From NCBI GenBank assembly GCA_021151625.1, contig JAGKWY010000007.1, positions 1,095-65,094 on the forward strand: a DNA stretch of 64,000 nt, given 5' to 3'. Within the stretch, counting starts at the first letter, position 1. Each line of letters opens with the position of its first letter. The stretch comes from Gammaproteobacteria bacterium (GTDB lineage Bacteria; Pseudomonadota; Gammaproteobacteria; Pseudomonadales; Cellvibrionaceae). Below, piece after piece: positions 29,794 through 38,962 of this stretch. The position numbers and the translations under genes were made by a program. Below the pieces are notes generated by a model, which worked only from the letters and a program-made list of their open reading frames with translations, ran no database searches and was not told the DNA's origin.

Positions 29794-30390
29794 CTATGCC
29801 CGGGCTTGAGTTTCTTGTGTGTAAGGTTCTACATACTTTTGCAATTCTGCAAAAAACGCAGAAAATTCCGTTTCATAACTCGAGTAATACTGCTCCAATA
29901 TCCCCACTGCATCCCCGAGTTTGGCTGGTCGGCGCAACCTTGAATCTATACGTTGAAGCGCGATGCTTATTCCAGATATATCCTGATAAGTTTCAAATAT
30001 CTTGTGCTCAAACATTCTCTGAAACTTATAAAACACATCTCCCGGCAAGTTACTTTTTACTGTTTGCAAGTCTGCATAAAAACCATGGGAAAATTCGTTA
30101 AGACTGACAGATGAATATAGATCCCAATGTTTTGCAAGAAAGTGATCGTAAAACACATCCGTTAGAATACCGCCAAAACGCTTATAGTTTTGGGGCATAC
30201 GGCTAATACTGCCTTTTACAATGGGATGGGAATCGGTAAAGGCATCTATCGCCCTATGGCAATGAATACCTTCTTGATAAGAAGGTGAGAATTGCTTTAG
30301 TTCGGTAATGGAAACCAGATCCGGCAATATATTACCCACACGAAACTCAATATTCGGTTTGGATAAATAGGCGTGCGCCAGCCAGTTCAT
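29794..30390 (-). CDS. acpH: Acyl carrier protein phosphodiesterase
   Basis: N-terminus MNWLAHAYLS and roughly 198 aa length match the AcpH (DUF479) family. Confidence 0.8.
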   Translation of the reverse strand: MNWLAHAYLSKPNIEFRVGNILPDLVSITELKQFSPSYQEGIHCHRAIDAFTDSHPIVKGSISRMPQNYKRFGGILTDVFYDHFLAKHWDLYSSVSLNEFSHGFYADLQTVKSNLPGDVFYKFQRMFEHKIFETYQDISGISIALQRIDSRLRRPAKLGDAVGILEQYYSSYETEFSAFFAELQKYVEPYTQETQARA

Positions 30391-30393
30391 GGG

Positions 30394-30966
30394 TTAGGCA
30401 GCACCCTTTAAAAACGCGGGATACTCATTAATTTTTTGCAGCAGCCTATTTGCCAGCGCTTCATTACTTGCGCCTAGCTGATCCAGAATGTACTGCGCCT
30501 CTTTTTGATAGGACAGAATTTTTTCATCGCTCCAATAAAATGGCGGATGATAGAGATTGGTAATGCGATCCGCCAACTTCACCATCCAGATTTCTTTGGG
30601 CTGCAACTTTATGCGGGCGATAGAATCTTCCATCTGCGCTTGCTTGGTGGGCAGATTTTCATTTTTGGATAACGCCATAACCCCATCCGCAACTGGGCGA
30701 CCAAAAAGTTCGCACACCTCCGTATAGGTCGCGTCGGTATCTTCAATGGTATCGTGCAATAACGCGCATTGAATCGCTAAATTTGCGTCTACCACGTCCA
30801 GCGTTTTTGCTGTTGCCAGCGACACTTCCATCGCCACACTGGCAATGTGATTTATATAAGGAATTTGCTCGCCTTCATGCGTACCACCATAAGTTTGCCC
30901 GGAATGCTTGCGTGTAGCGAACGCCCAGGCTTTTTGATAAATATCCGCAGACCATAAATTAGACAT
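30394..30966 (-). CDS. HD-domain hydrolase of the RelA/SpoT hydrolase type (small alarmone hydrolase-like)
   Basis: RKHSGQTY...PYINHIASVA...LLHDTIEDT motif series. ATG at 30966 is preferred over the upstream TTG. Confidence 0.75.
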   Translation of the reverse strand: MSNLWSADIYQKAWAFATRKHSGQTYGGTHEGEQIPYINHIASVAMEVSLATAKTLDVVDANLAIQCALLHDTIEDTDATYTEVCELFGRPVADGVMALSKNENLPTKQAQMEDSIARIKLQPKEIWMVKLADRITNLYHPPFYWSDEKILSYQKEAQYILDQLGASNEALANRLLQKINEYPAFLKGAA

Positions 30967-30990
30967 GCTCACATTCTCACTCAAAAAAAC

Positions 30991-31434
30991 TTACAACCAA
31001 CGCCTGACATTACGCGCATAGTTTTGCCACTCTTCACCGTGTTTCTGCGCTAACCAGGGTTCTTCGGCGAGGGTAATACGCAGATGAAATGCTGCAATCA
31101 CAGTCAGCGCATAAATTGCTAATGCAGAGGAAAGGAATAACGCAGACCATCCCAACAAAATTAACGACACAGCAACATACATAGGGTTGCGGCTAAAACG
31201 ATAAAGCCCGACAGTGACCAATTTTTGCGGTGGTGCCCAGGGCGCCAGCGTGCCTTTGCCAGATACATAAAAGTCGCGCACACACCACAACAGGGCAATC
31301 GTACCTAAAGCCACAAAGATAAAACCCATGGGCCACACAATACTCACGCGTGTAACCCCAATAAACCCAAGCGGCAGACCGAAAGCAACCACACCGGGCA
31401 ATACCAGAAATGCAATTATTGCGCGTACCAGCAT
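30991..31434 (-). CDS. Isoprenylcysteine carboxyl methyltransferase (ICMT/PEMT-like) family membrane protein
   Basis: Multi-TM protein with the signature YRFSRNPMYV. The internal ATG at 31434, with GGGGAG upstream, gives the typical roughly 147-aa size. Confidence 0.7.
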   Translation of the reverse strand: MLVRAIIAFLVLPGVVAFGLPLGFIGVTRVSIVWPMGFIFVALGTIALLWCVRDFYVSGKGTLAPWAPPQKLVTVGLYRFSRNPMYVAVSLILLGWSALFLSSALAIYALTVIAAFHLRITLAEEPWLAQKHGEEWQNYARNVRRWL

Positions 31435-31653
31435 AGGTAACTCCCCGGGAAACGCGGCCTTCACACCGCCACTTTCTATCGCTCGATAATATAGCCCCGG
31501 CCTGCTCTTTTCACCTGCTTTCAGCTCCCAATCATTGCGGTTATAGCAGTAGCTGCTATTAGAAGCCACGCTGCACCTTAGTGGGCGCGACATTTTTACG
31601 ACATCCCTGCTTTACCCTGACTTAAATCCCCCCAACAAAATACCGATTGAATA

Positions 31654-32784
31654 ATGAGTGCAATAACACAGCGGAAAACGATATTGGCAGCGGTGATCAT
31701 GCTGCCGCTTGTGTTGGTATTGGTGCTGCTAATGCAAGCGCCTCAACCGCAAGCGGATGAAAGCCCTGCAGCCCCACTACTCACGGTGGTGACAACTCAA
31801 GCCCGGAGCGAGCAGCTTCCCCTGCAGGTGCCTGCCACTGGCAATGTCCATGCCTGGCAGGAGGCAAGTATCGGCGCGGAAAGCGATGGACTCACACTCA
31901 TTGAAGTGCTGGTCGATGTGGGTGATAAGGTCAAGCGCGGTCAACTATTAGCGCGTTTTAATAGCGATATTATTGCGGCCGAGCTTGAGGAAGCCCGCGC
32001 ATCAGTTGCGCAGGCAACGGCAGCGGCCGAGGAAGCAGAACTGAATTTTTCTCGTGCAAAAACACTGGCAATCTCCAGGGCAATTTCCACCCAACAACTC
32101 GACCAAACACGCATAGCCACCATGACAGCAAAGGCGCAACTGGATGCGGCGCACGCGTTTGAAAAAAAGCAGCGTCTGCGCCTGAAACAAACGCGCGTGC
32201 ATGCACCCAGCGATGGAATTATTAGCGCACGCTCCGCCACTATTGGCACTGTGGTGCCCTCGGCGCAGGAATTATTTCGCCTGATTGAAAATGGCCGCCT
32301 CGAATGGCGCGCGCAGGTATCTATGTCCGATATAGAAAAATTAGCGGAGGGACAAAACGCCGTTATTACCAACCAGCAACAGGCATTGATAAGAGGCAGC
32401 CTGCGCAGGCTTGCGCCGACAATTGACACCAACACCCACAGCGGTTTGGTGTATATCGATTTACCAGCCAGTGCCAACTTGCGCGCAGGCACGTTTATGC
32501 GCGGCTACATTGAAGTGGGTGATACCACAAGCTTAACCCTGCCGCAAAGCGCTGTGATATTGCGTGATGGCTTTCACTATGTCATGCAAGTTGGTGCACA
32601 GTCGGTTGTATCACTGAAAAAAATCGTTATTGGCCGGCAAGTGAATGATCGCGTCGAAATAATTACCGGGCTTTCACCCGCTGAAAATGTCATCACCTCT
32701 GGCCTCAGTTTTTTAAGTGCAGGCGATAAGGTGCGCGTAGTTGATAATCCCCTTTCCGTCACAGCTTCTATTGAGGAACAATAA
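31654..32784 (+). CDS. RND efflux periplasmic adaptor (membrane fusion protein)
   Basis: Signal/TM segment, lipoyl/hairpin-type coiled coil, and beta-barrel motifs (VHAPSDGIISARSATIG). Confidence 0.9.
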   Translation: MSAITQRKTILAAVIMLPLVLVLVLLMQAPQPQADESPAAPLLTVVTTQARSEQLPLQVPATGNVHAWQEASIGAESDGLTLIEVLVDVGDKVKRGQLLARFNSDIIAAELEEARASVAQATAAAEEAELNFSRAKTLAISRAISTQQLDQTRIATMTAKAQLDAAHAFEKKQRLRLKQTRVHAPSDGIISARSATIGTVVPSAQELFRLIENGRLEWRAQVSMSDIEKLAEGQNAVITNQQQALIRGSLRRLAPTIDTNTHSGLVYIDLPASANLRAGTFMRGYIEVGDTTSLTLPQSAVILRDGFHYVMQVGAQSVVSLKKIVIGRQVNDRVEIITGLSPAENVITSGLSFLSAGDKVRVVDNPLSVTASIEEQ

Positions 32785-32786
32785 TA

Positions 32787-35700
32787 ATGAACCTCAATAT
32801 TTCTTCCTGGGCGATTGCCAACCCTGTTGCAACTTCATTGGTATTTATTCTGCTCACACTCGCCGGGCTCTACGGTTTTCAGGCAATGAAAGTGCAAAAC
32901 TTTCCCGATATTGATTTCCCGATTATCACTGTCACCGCTGTTCTGCCCGGTGCCTCACCCCAACAGTTGGAAACTGATGTTGCACGCAAAATTGAAGATG
33001 CCCTGGCCAATACCCAGGGCATCAAACATATCAAGAGTTCATTGACCGATAGTGTTGCCAGCATCACCGCGGAATTCGGTATCGAAAAAAACGTACAGGA
33101 TGCAGTGGGCGATGTACGCGATGCTATTTCCAGTATTCGCGCTAATTTGCCCGCAGATATGCTCGACCCGGTGATCAAAAAAATGGAACTGGCAAGCTCG
33201 CCGGTGATGACTTACACAGTGACATCTTCAGGCTTGGATGTTGAAGCCCTGTCATGGTTTGTCGATAGCACTATCACCCGGCAGTTAATGTCGGTGACTG
33301 GTGTAGGTGCGGTTACGCGTATTGGTGGTGTAACACGCGAAATACGTGTTGAACTCGAAGCCGACAAATTAATGGCTTTAAATATCACCGCTGCCGAAAT
33401 TTCCCAACAACTCAGCCAACTGCAATTGGAAGCTTCCGGTGGCCGGATTGATATGGGTAACCGGGAGCAATCCATCCGCACCCTTGCCACGGCAAAATCT
33501 GCACAGGAAATTGCCCGGTTGGATATTGCACTGTCCGATGGCCGACGAATTCGCCTGGATCAAATCGCCAGAGTGCTGGACACCACTGCCGAACAACGCG
33601 CGCTGGCACTGATGAACGGCAAGCCAGCTGTGGCCTTTGACATACTGCGTTCACGCGGCGCTGGCGAACTGGAAGTTGCTGCCGCTACGCAATTAAAAAT
33701 CCGGCAATTACAAAGCGACTATCCAGATATTCACTTTGCACAAGCAGTTAATTTTAGCGAACCGGTACAGGAAAATTATTCCGGCTCCATGATGTTGTTA
33801 TACGAAGGTGCTTTGCTCGCGGTGCTGGTGGTGTTCTTTTTTTTGCGCGATTGGCGCGCTACGTTTATCGCCGCTGTAGCGCTGCCACTTTCTGTGATAC
33901 CCACCTTTATTGTTATCCATTTAATGGGCTTTAGTTTAAATACTGTGTCACTGTTATCCCTCTCTTTAGTAATTGGCGTACTGGTTGATGATGCGATTGT
34001 TGAAATAGAAAATATCGAACGGCATTTACTTATGGGCAAAGTGCCCTTCACTGCTGCGCGCGATGCCGCCACCGAAATTGGCCTGGCCGTGATTGCCACT
34101 AGCCTGACACTAATTGCGGTGTTTCTACCTACCTCGATGATGGGCGGCATTATCGGAAAATATTTTTTCCAATTCGGGTGGACTTGCGCCATCGCGGTAT
34201 TTTTCTCACTGATGGTTGCACGCATGCTTACACCCATGATGGCAGCGCACCTACTCAAAGCTCCCCACGAATCAACATTATCGCCGAAAAAAAATACCTC
34301 GCCGCGCTGGATTTCTTATTATCTGTATTACTTACGCCGTGCGATTAAACACAAAATGATAACTCTGGCGTTGGTACTGTTATTTGTTGTGTCAGGTTTT
34401 ATGGCTGCTGCGAATCTGCCCGGCGAATTTATCCCACAGGATGAAAGTAACCAAACACAAATCAGTTTATCGCTGCCGCCCGGCAGTAAACTGCAGGAGA
34501 CATTAGCACTAGCCGAACAGGCGCGTTATCTCCTGCAAAAAAATCCGTACATTGAATCGATTTACACTGCTATTGGTGTGAGCGCTACATCCGGTGATCC
34601 CGATGAAGCCAGCGCGCCAGCCGGTGTAACCAATGCCGTACTCACGGTAAACCTGGCTCCGCGCCATAAACGCCGCGGCGTTAGCCGGCAAATGCTTGAA
34701 CAGCAGATGCGCGATGCGTTGAACCTACTGCCCGGCACACGCATTAGTGTCGGTATGGGTGGCAACAGCGAAGGCTATGAAATTGTGCTCGCCGCAGAAG
34801 ATGGCCAATTGCTTGCACAACACGCGAGTCTGGTTGAGCGCGAACTACGCAGCATTCCCGGTATAGGTGCGGTGACTTCATCGGCCAGTTTGGTTCGGCC
34901 TGAATTGGTAGTGCGCCCCGATTTTGCTCGCGCTGCCGACCTGGGTGTAACCTCGGCCAGCATCGCCGAGACACTGCGTATTGCCACTGCGGGCGATTAT
35001 TATCAGGCGCTGGCGAAATTAAATCTTAGCGAGCGTCAAATTCCCATTGTTGTGCGCCTATCCGATGAAGGGCGCAATGATCTGGATAGCTTGCGCCGCT
35101 TGCCCGTGCCTGGCACTCATGGCGCAGTACCCTTGGAAAGTGTGGCGGAGCTACAGCTGCTCACCGGACCTGCGGAACTGACGCGCTATGATCGCCTGCG
35201 CAATATCAACATCAAGGTGGAACTTAATGGCCGCTCGCTGAGCGAAGTGGAAAATGCTGCAGCACTCTTGCCCAGCCTGCGCAAATTACCTCAAGGCGTA
35301 AGTGTGGCCGCGACTGGCGATGCAGAAATGATGGACGAACTGGTGCTGGGTTTTGCGATAGCTATGTTCGCCGGCGTGCTCTGTGTGTATTCGGTGCTGG
35401 TGTTATTGTTAAAAGATTTTGCGCAACCTCTTACTGTGTTAATCGCATTGGTGTTAGCGATTCCCGGTGCTTTTTTTGCGCTATGGATAAGTGGTTCAAG
35501 CTTGTCCATGCCCTCAATGATTGGGTTGATTATGTTGATGGGCATCACCACAAAAAATTCCATTTTGCTGGTGGATTACATCGTTATGGCGCGGCGGGAC
35601 CACGGCTATAGCCGGCAACGGGCCATTATCGATGCCTGTCGTAAACGCGCCCGCCCGATTGTAATGACCACCCTTGCAATGGGCGCCGGTATGCTGCCCA

Positions 35701-35921
35701 TTGCCATGGGAATGGGCGCCGACCCGAGCTTTCGCGCGCCTATGGCGATAGTGGTAATTGGCGGGCTGATCAGCTCAACAGTGTTGTGTTTGCTGGTCAT
35801 TCCCATTGTTTATAGCCAGATAGATGATCTGCTTGAAAATATTAAGGCTAGAATTAATCAGCAACAGAACACTATTAATCTGCACAGGTCTGAAACTCAC
35901 ACAATCCGTAATACTTTTTAA
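32787..35921 (+). CDS. RND efflux permease (AcrB/HAE family)
   Basis: 1044 aa with 12 TM and two large periplasmic loops. Conserved GVLVDDAIVEIENIERH motif. The start is 3 nt after the MFP stop. Confidence 0.95.
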   Translation: MNLNISSWAIANPVATSLVFILLTLAGLYGFQAMKVQNFPDIDFPIITVTAVLPGASPQQLETDVARKIEDALANTQGIKHIKSSLTDSVASITAEFGIEKNVQDAVGDVRDAISSIRANLPADMLDPVIKKMELASSPVMTYTVTSSGLDVEALSWFVDSTITRQLMSVTGVGAVTRIGGVTREIRVELEADKLMALNITAAEISQQLSQLQLEASGGRIDMGNREQSIRTLATAKSAQEIARLDIALSDGRRIRLDQIARVLDTTAEQRALALMNGKPAVAFDILRSRGAGELEVAAATQLKIRQLQSDYPDIHFAQAVNFSEPVQENYSGSMMLLYEGALLAVLVVFFFLRDWRATFIAAVALPLSVIPTFIVIHLMGFSLNTVSLLSLSLVIGVLVDDAIVEIENIERHLLMGKVPFTAARDAATEIGLAVIATSLTLIAVFLPTSMMGGIIGKYFFQFGWTCAIAVFFSLMVARMLTPMMAAHLLKAPHESTLSPKKNTSPRWISYYLYYLRRAIKHKMITLALVLLFVVSGFMAAANLPGEFIPQDESNQTQISLSLPPGSKLQETLALAEQARYLLQKNPYIESIYTAIGVSATSGDPDEASAPAGVTNAVLTVNLAPRHKRRGVSRQMLEQQMRDALNLLPGTRISVGMGGNSEGYEIVLAAEDGQLLAQHASLVERELRSIPGIGAVTSSASLVRPELVVRPDFARAADLGVTSASIAETLRIATAGDYYQALAKLNLSERQIPIVVRLSDEGRNDLDSLRRLPVPGTHGAVPLESVAELQLLTGPAELTRYDRLRNINIKVELNGRSLSEVENAAALLPSLRKLPQGVSVAATGDAEMMDELVLGFAIAMFAGVLCVYSVLVLLLKDFAQPLTVLIALVLAIPGAFFALWISGSSLSMPSMIGLIMLMGITTKNSILLVDYIVMARRDHGYSRQRAIIDACRKRARPIVMTTLAMGAGMLPIAMGMGADPSFRAPMAIVVIGGLISSTVLCLLVIPIVYSQIDDLLENIKARINQQQNTINLHRSETHTIRNTF

Positions 35922-36015
35922 TGGATGATACTTTTTAATTGATGGTAGATTTTAATTGACGATAGGTTTTGAATGGTGATGCATCTTGAATGGTGAAACA
36001 GTTTGAATAATGAAT
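35917..36015. repeat. Six degenerate tandem repeats, period 16-18 nt (TTT[TA/GA]AT[TG]G[AG]TG[AG]T...)
   Basis: AAT cores at 35921, 35938, 35955, 35973, 35990 and 36006. The array spans the RND stop to the response-regulator start. Confidence 0.75.
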
Positions 36016-36698
36016 CCTTGTCCATCCTGATTATTGAAGACAACGCGCAACTTGCGGCAAACCTCTACGATTATCTGGAGGCATGTGGTCATACACTCGA
36101 TGCTGCACCCGACGGCGTTTCCGGATTACACCTTGCCGCAGCCAATGATTACGATGCAATCCTGCTCGACTGGAATTTGCCGCGCATGGATGGCCTGACA
36201 CTGCTAAAAAAATTGCGCAGCGAATCCAGAAAAAAAGTGCCCGTTATTATGCTCACCGCACGCGATCAGCTAGCCGACAAAATGGATGGGTTTGAATCAG
36301 GGCTGGATGACTATTTGGTAAAGCCCGTTGCCCTGCCGGAAATTGAAATCCGCTTGCGCTCATTAGTCTTTCGCCGCAAACAATGCGCCGCACCGGATGA
36401 TGTATTACAAGTCAGCGACCTTCGCTTCCACTTAACCACCCTGGAGGTTCGTCGCGGCGAACGAAAAGTCGTGCTGAGTAAAACCGGCCGCCGCCTGTTG
36501 GAATTATTAATGCGCGAAAGCCCGCGTGTGGTCACACGTGCGCGTTTGGAACAAGCCGCCTGGGGCGACGCAACGCCCGGCACAGATTTGTTGCGTTCTC
36601 ACATGCACTTGTTGCGCAAAGCATTGGAGCAGGATGAGGAAAAGGCAATATTACATACAGTTCCAGGTTCTGGTTACAGGTTGGGTGATCTTGAATAA
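36003..36698 (+). CDS. OmpR-family response regulator
   Basis: Receiver domain (ILIIEDN ... DAILLDWNLP ... MLTA) plus a winged-helix C-terminus (LHTVPGSGYRL). TTG start, with no in-frame ATG nearby. Confidence 0.9.
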   Translation: MNNESLSILIIEDNAQLAANLYDYLEACGHTLDAAPDGVSGLHLAAANDYDAILLDWNLPRMDGLTLLKKLRSESRKKVPVIMLTARDQLADKMDGFESGLDDYLVKPVALPEIEIRLRSLVFRRKQCAAPDDVLQVSDLRFHLTTLEVRRGERKVVLSKTGRRLLELLMRESPRVVTRARLEQAAWGDATPGTDLLRSHMHLLRKALEQDEEKAILHTVPGSGYRLGDLE

Positions 36699-38034
36699 AT
36701 TATTTTTATCGCTGGAAAAACCAAAGAGTTTGTACTGGGCAATCAGTGCAACGCTTTTGCTTTTTGGCATTGTTATGTTGACAGTAATTTCCATTCAATC
36801 ATTTAGCAGCCAACGCTTGATTGAGCATAAGATATGGCGCGATTTACTGGAATCCATATCCGCACAACACGCAGCACAAATTCAACGAGACGACACCGTC
36901 CTATTACCAACAACTGGCGTTATAAAATCCTGGTATTTAAGTCACTCGTCCGCTGCGCAAGACACCTCCATACCTGCACATCTCTGGAATTTACCAGCCG
37001 GCTACTACTCCACGGAGGGAATATTAATGGATAATAATGAAATGAGTTATACGGAAGGCGAAAGCTTTCATGCACTCATTATTGATTTACCATCAGGCAA
37101 GTTGATTACAACTATTGATATAGGGGAAATGGAAAACCAACAAAATACTGATTCATTCATTAGTGGTGCGGTGGGTGCCCTGCTATTTTTATTGATAGCC
37201 ATAGTTATTATATGGCTGCGTGCCAATCTTGTACGCCCAGTCCAGGATCTCGCCAATCGATTACAAGCAATTTCACCTGGGCGTGAAAAATCCAGATTAC
37301 CAACAGATTATCAACGGGAAGAAATTCAAATTATTGCGCAAGCAACCAACTCACATCTTGAACGTGTAGAACAATTTATTGAACGTGAAAAAAGTCTACT
37401 TGATCAAGCCAGTCATGAATTCCGAACACCTATCGCCATTATTTCTGGTGCTGTAGATGTCCTGAAGCAAATGCCTTTACCTGATTATTCAAAGCCCGTG
37501 CTGAGCCGCATAGAAAATGCGACTAATGATTTATCGGAGACTATGGTGGCACTACTCTATCTTGCGCGCGAAGCTAACACTGAAACTAATGATATTACCG
37601 CTTTACATGAGGTGCTACCGCGTTTGATTAACGACCATAAACACCTACTGGATAATAAAGTTGTACAACTATCACTGTTGGAGCTTGACCCAATACTGGT
37701 CTCGGTACCGGAATCAATGGTACGTATTGCTGTGAGTAATTTAATCCGCAATGCTATTGAAAATACGGATGACGGCTTGATTGAAGTAAAACTTCACAAT
37801 GGTGTTATTTCTATAACCGATACCGGGGTCGGATTTGATCCTGTCGAAGCGGCGCGTCGATACCGCGAAAGCTTACGCCTTGCCTCCCCCGCACGCGGGC
37901 AAGGCATTGGGCTTTTTCTAATTGGTCGCATATGCGATCGCTTTGGCTGGGAGTTATTAATTGAAAACACACCCACAGGTGGTACCTGTGCAAAGTTAGA
38001 TCTAAATAAAAGTAAGACGCTAACCTTCTTTTAA
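36685..38034 (+). CDS. Sensor histidine kinase (cognate of the OmpR-family regulator)
   Basis: Two TM segments. H-box SHEFRTPIA, N-box NLIRNAIENT, G-box GQGIGLFL. The GTG at 36685 overlaps the regulator stop. The track extension back to 36526 lies inside the regulator gene. Confidence 0.85.
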   Translation: MILNKLFLSLEKPKSLYWAISATLLLFGIVMLTVISIQSFSSQRLIEHKIWRDLLESISAQHAAQIQRDDTVLLPTTGVIKSWYLSHSSAAQDTSIPAHLWNLPAGYYSTEGILMDNNEMSYTEGESFHALIIDLPSGKLITTIDIGEMENQQNTDSFISGAVGALLFLLIAIVIIWLRANLVRPVQDLANRLQAISPGREKSRLPTDYQREEIQIIAQATNSHLERVEQFIEREKSLLDQASHEFRTPIAIISGAVDVLKQMPLPDYSKPVLSRIENATNDLSETMVALLYLAREANTETNDITALHEVLPRLINDHKHLLDNKVVQLSLLELDPILVSVPESMVRIAVSNLIRNAIENTDDGLIEVKLHNGVISITDTGVGFDPVEAARRYRESLRLASPARGQGIGLFLIGRICDRFGWELLIENTPTGGTCAKLDLNKSKTLTFF

Positions 38035-38088
38035 TTTCCCTGGCTACGACATTTCTCCGACATCAGTCACTTATCCTCTCCTGGTAAT

Positions 38089-38130
38089 TTGCCGCTATAG
38101 GCACTGCTCGTAGCGGCAAACCAAATTTTT
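38089..38130 (+). terminator. Terminator-like hairpin after the histidine kinase gene
   Basis: Stem ttgccgcta / tagcggcaa, followed by accaaattttt. Confidence 0.5.
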
Positions 38131-38162
38131 CCCATTGGTAAATTTACTGAGGTTAAGTGTCA

Positions 38163-38960
38163 ATGAAATCATTATTTTTCCCCGCGCTCGTCTCCCTAAT
38201 TGCATTTAACGTGTCAGCCCAGGAAGGCGGACCTGGTGACGGTCCCCAAGGGGAACCACCACGCTGGGGGGTGGGCCTTGGCGCTATTCTGAATGACAGC
38301 CCCTATGCAGGTGAAGGCACACGTGTTCTGCCAATTCCACTACTAACCTACCAAGGCGAAAATTTTTATTTCCGTGGAATTACTGCTGGCTGGACCTTTA
38401 CCCGCAGTGAATCCTTCGAATTATCCGCCATTGCGAAATTCCGCTTTGATGGATTTTCAGTGGATGACTTGGGCAAAGAAGAGCTCGCCAGCAACGGAGT
38501 TTATTATCAATTGTTAGAAGACCGTGATTTTGGATTAGATGCAGGTATGAACCTGAAATGGAGTGGAAGTGCTGGCGAAATAGAAGTGGAATTACTTGCC
38601 GATATTACCGACACCAGCGGGGGTCAAGAGGCATCTATTCAATATGGCTACCCCATGCAATTGGGTGGCGGAATGCTTACACCGAATGCAGGCGTGACCT
38701 GGTTGTCAGAAGATATGGCTAATTATTATTACGGAACACTGGATGAAGAAGTTGCGCGAGGCGTAATTAATTATAAACCTGGCGCCGTTACCATTCCCCA
38801 TGTTGGAATTAATTACTTTCGCCCATTTGGCAATAACTGGTCGCTGATGACTACCGTGAAATACAGTATGTTACCAGACGAAATTCAGGATAGTCCTTTT
38901 GTTGAAGCCGATACAAGCGGATCAGCGTCAATTCTGATTGGCATTGCAAAAGGATTTTAG
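38163..38960 (+). CDS. MipA/OmpV family outer-membrane protein
   Basis: Signal peptide, then WGVGLGAILNDSPYAGEGTRVLPIPLLTYQGENFYFRG, typical of MipA beta-barrels. C-terminal aromatic residue. Confidence 0.85.
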   Translation: MKSLFFPALVSLIAFNVSAQEGGPGDGPQGEPPRWGVGLGAILNDSPYAGEGTRVLPIPLLTYQGENFYFRGITAGWTFTRSESFELSAIAKFRFDGFSVDDLGKEELASNGVYYQLLEDRDFGLDAGMNLKWSGSAGEIEVELLADITDTSGGQEASIQYGYPMQLGGGMLTPNAGVTWLSEDMANYYYGTLDEEVARGVINYKPGAVTIPHVGINYFRPFGNNWSLMTTVKYSMLPDEIQDSPFVEADTSGSASILIGIAKGF

Positions 38961-38962
38961 CA

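Noticed and set aside
29781-30101. 106-aa + strand ORF after the AddA-like gene
   Set aside because: It is antisense to the well-supported acpH CDS, and has no RBS and no recognisable motifs.
31941-32492. 183-aa antisense ORF inside the membrane-fusion-protein gene
   Set aside because: It has Ala/Arg/Ser-rich antisense composition with no motifs. The MFP frame is well supported.
36526-36684. Upstream 53-codon extension of the histidine kinase ORF in the track
   Set aside because: The extension lies entirely inside the response-regulator CDS in another frame. A GTG at 36685 overlapping the regulator stop gives the usual coupled RR/HK arrangement.
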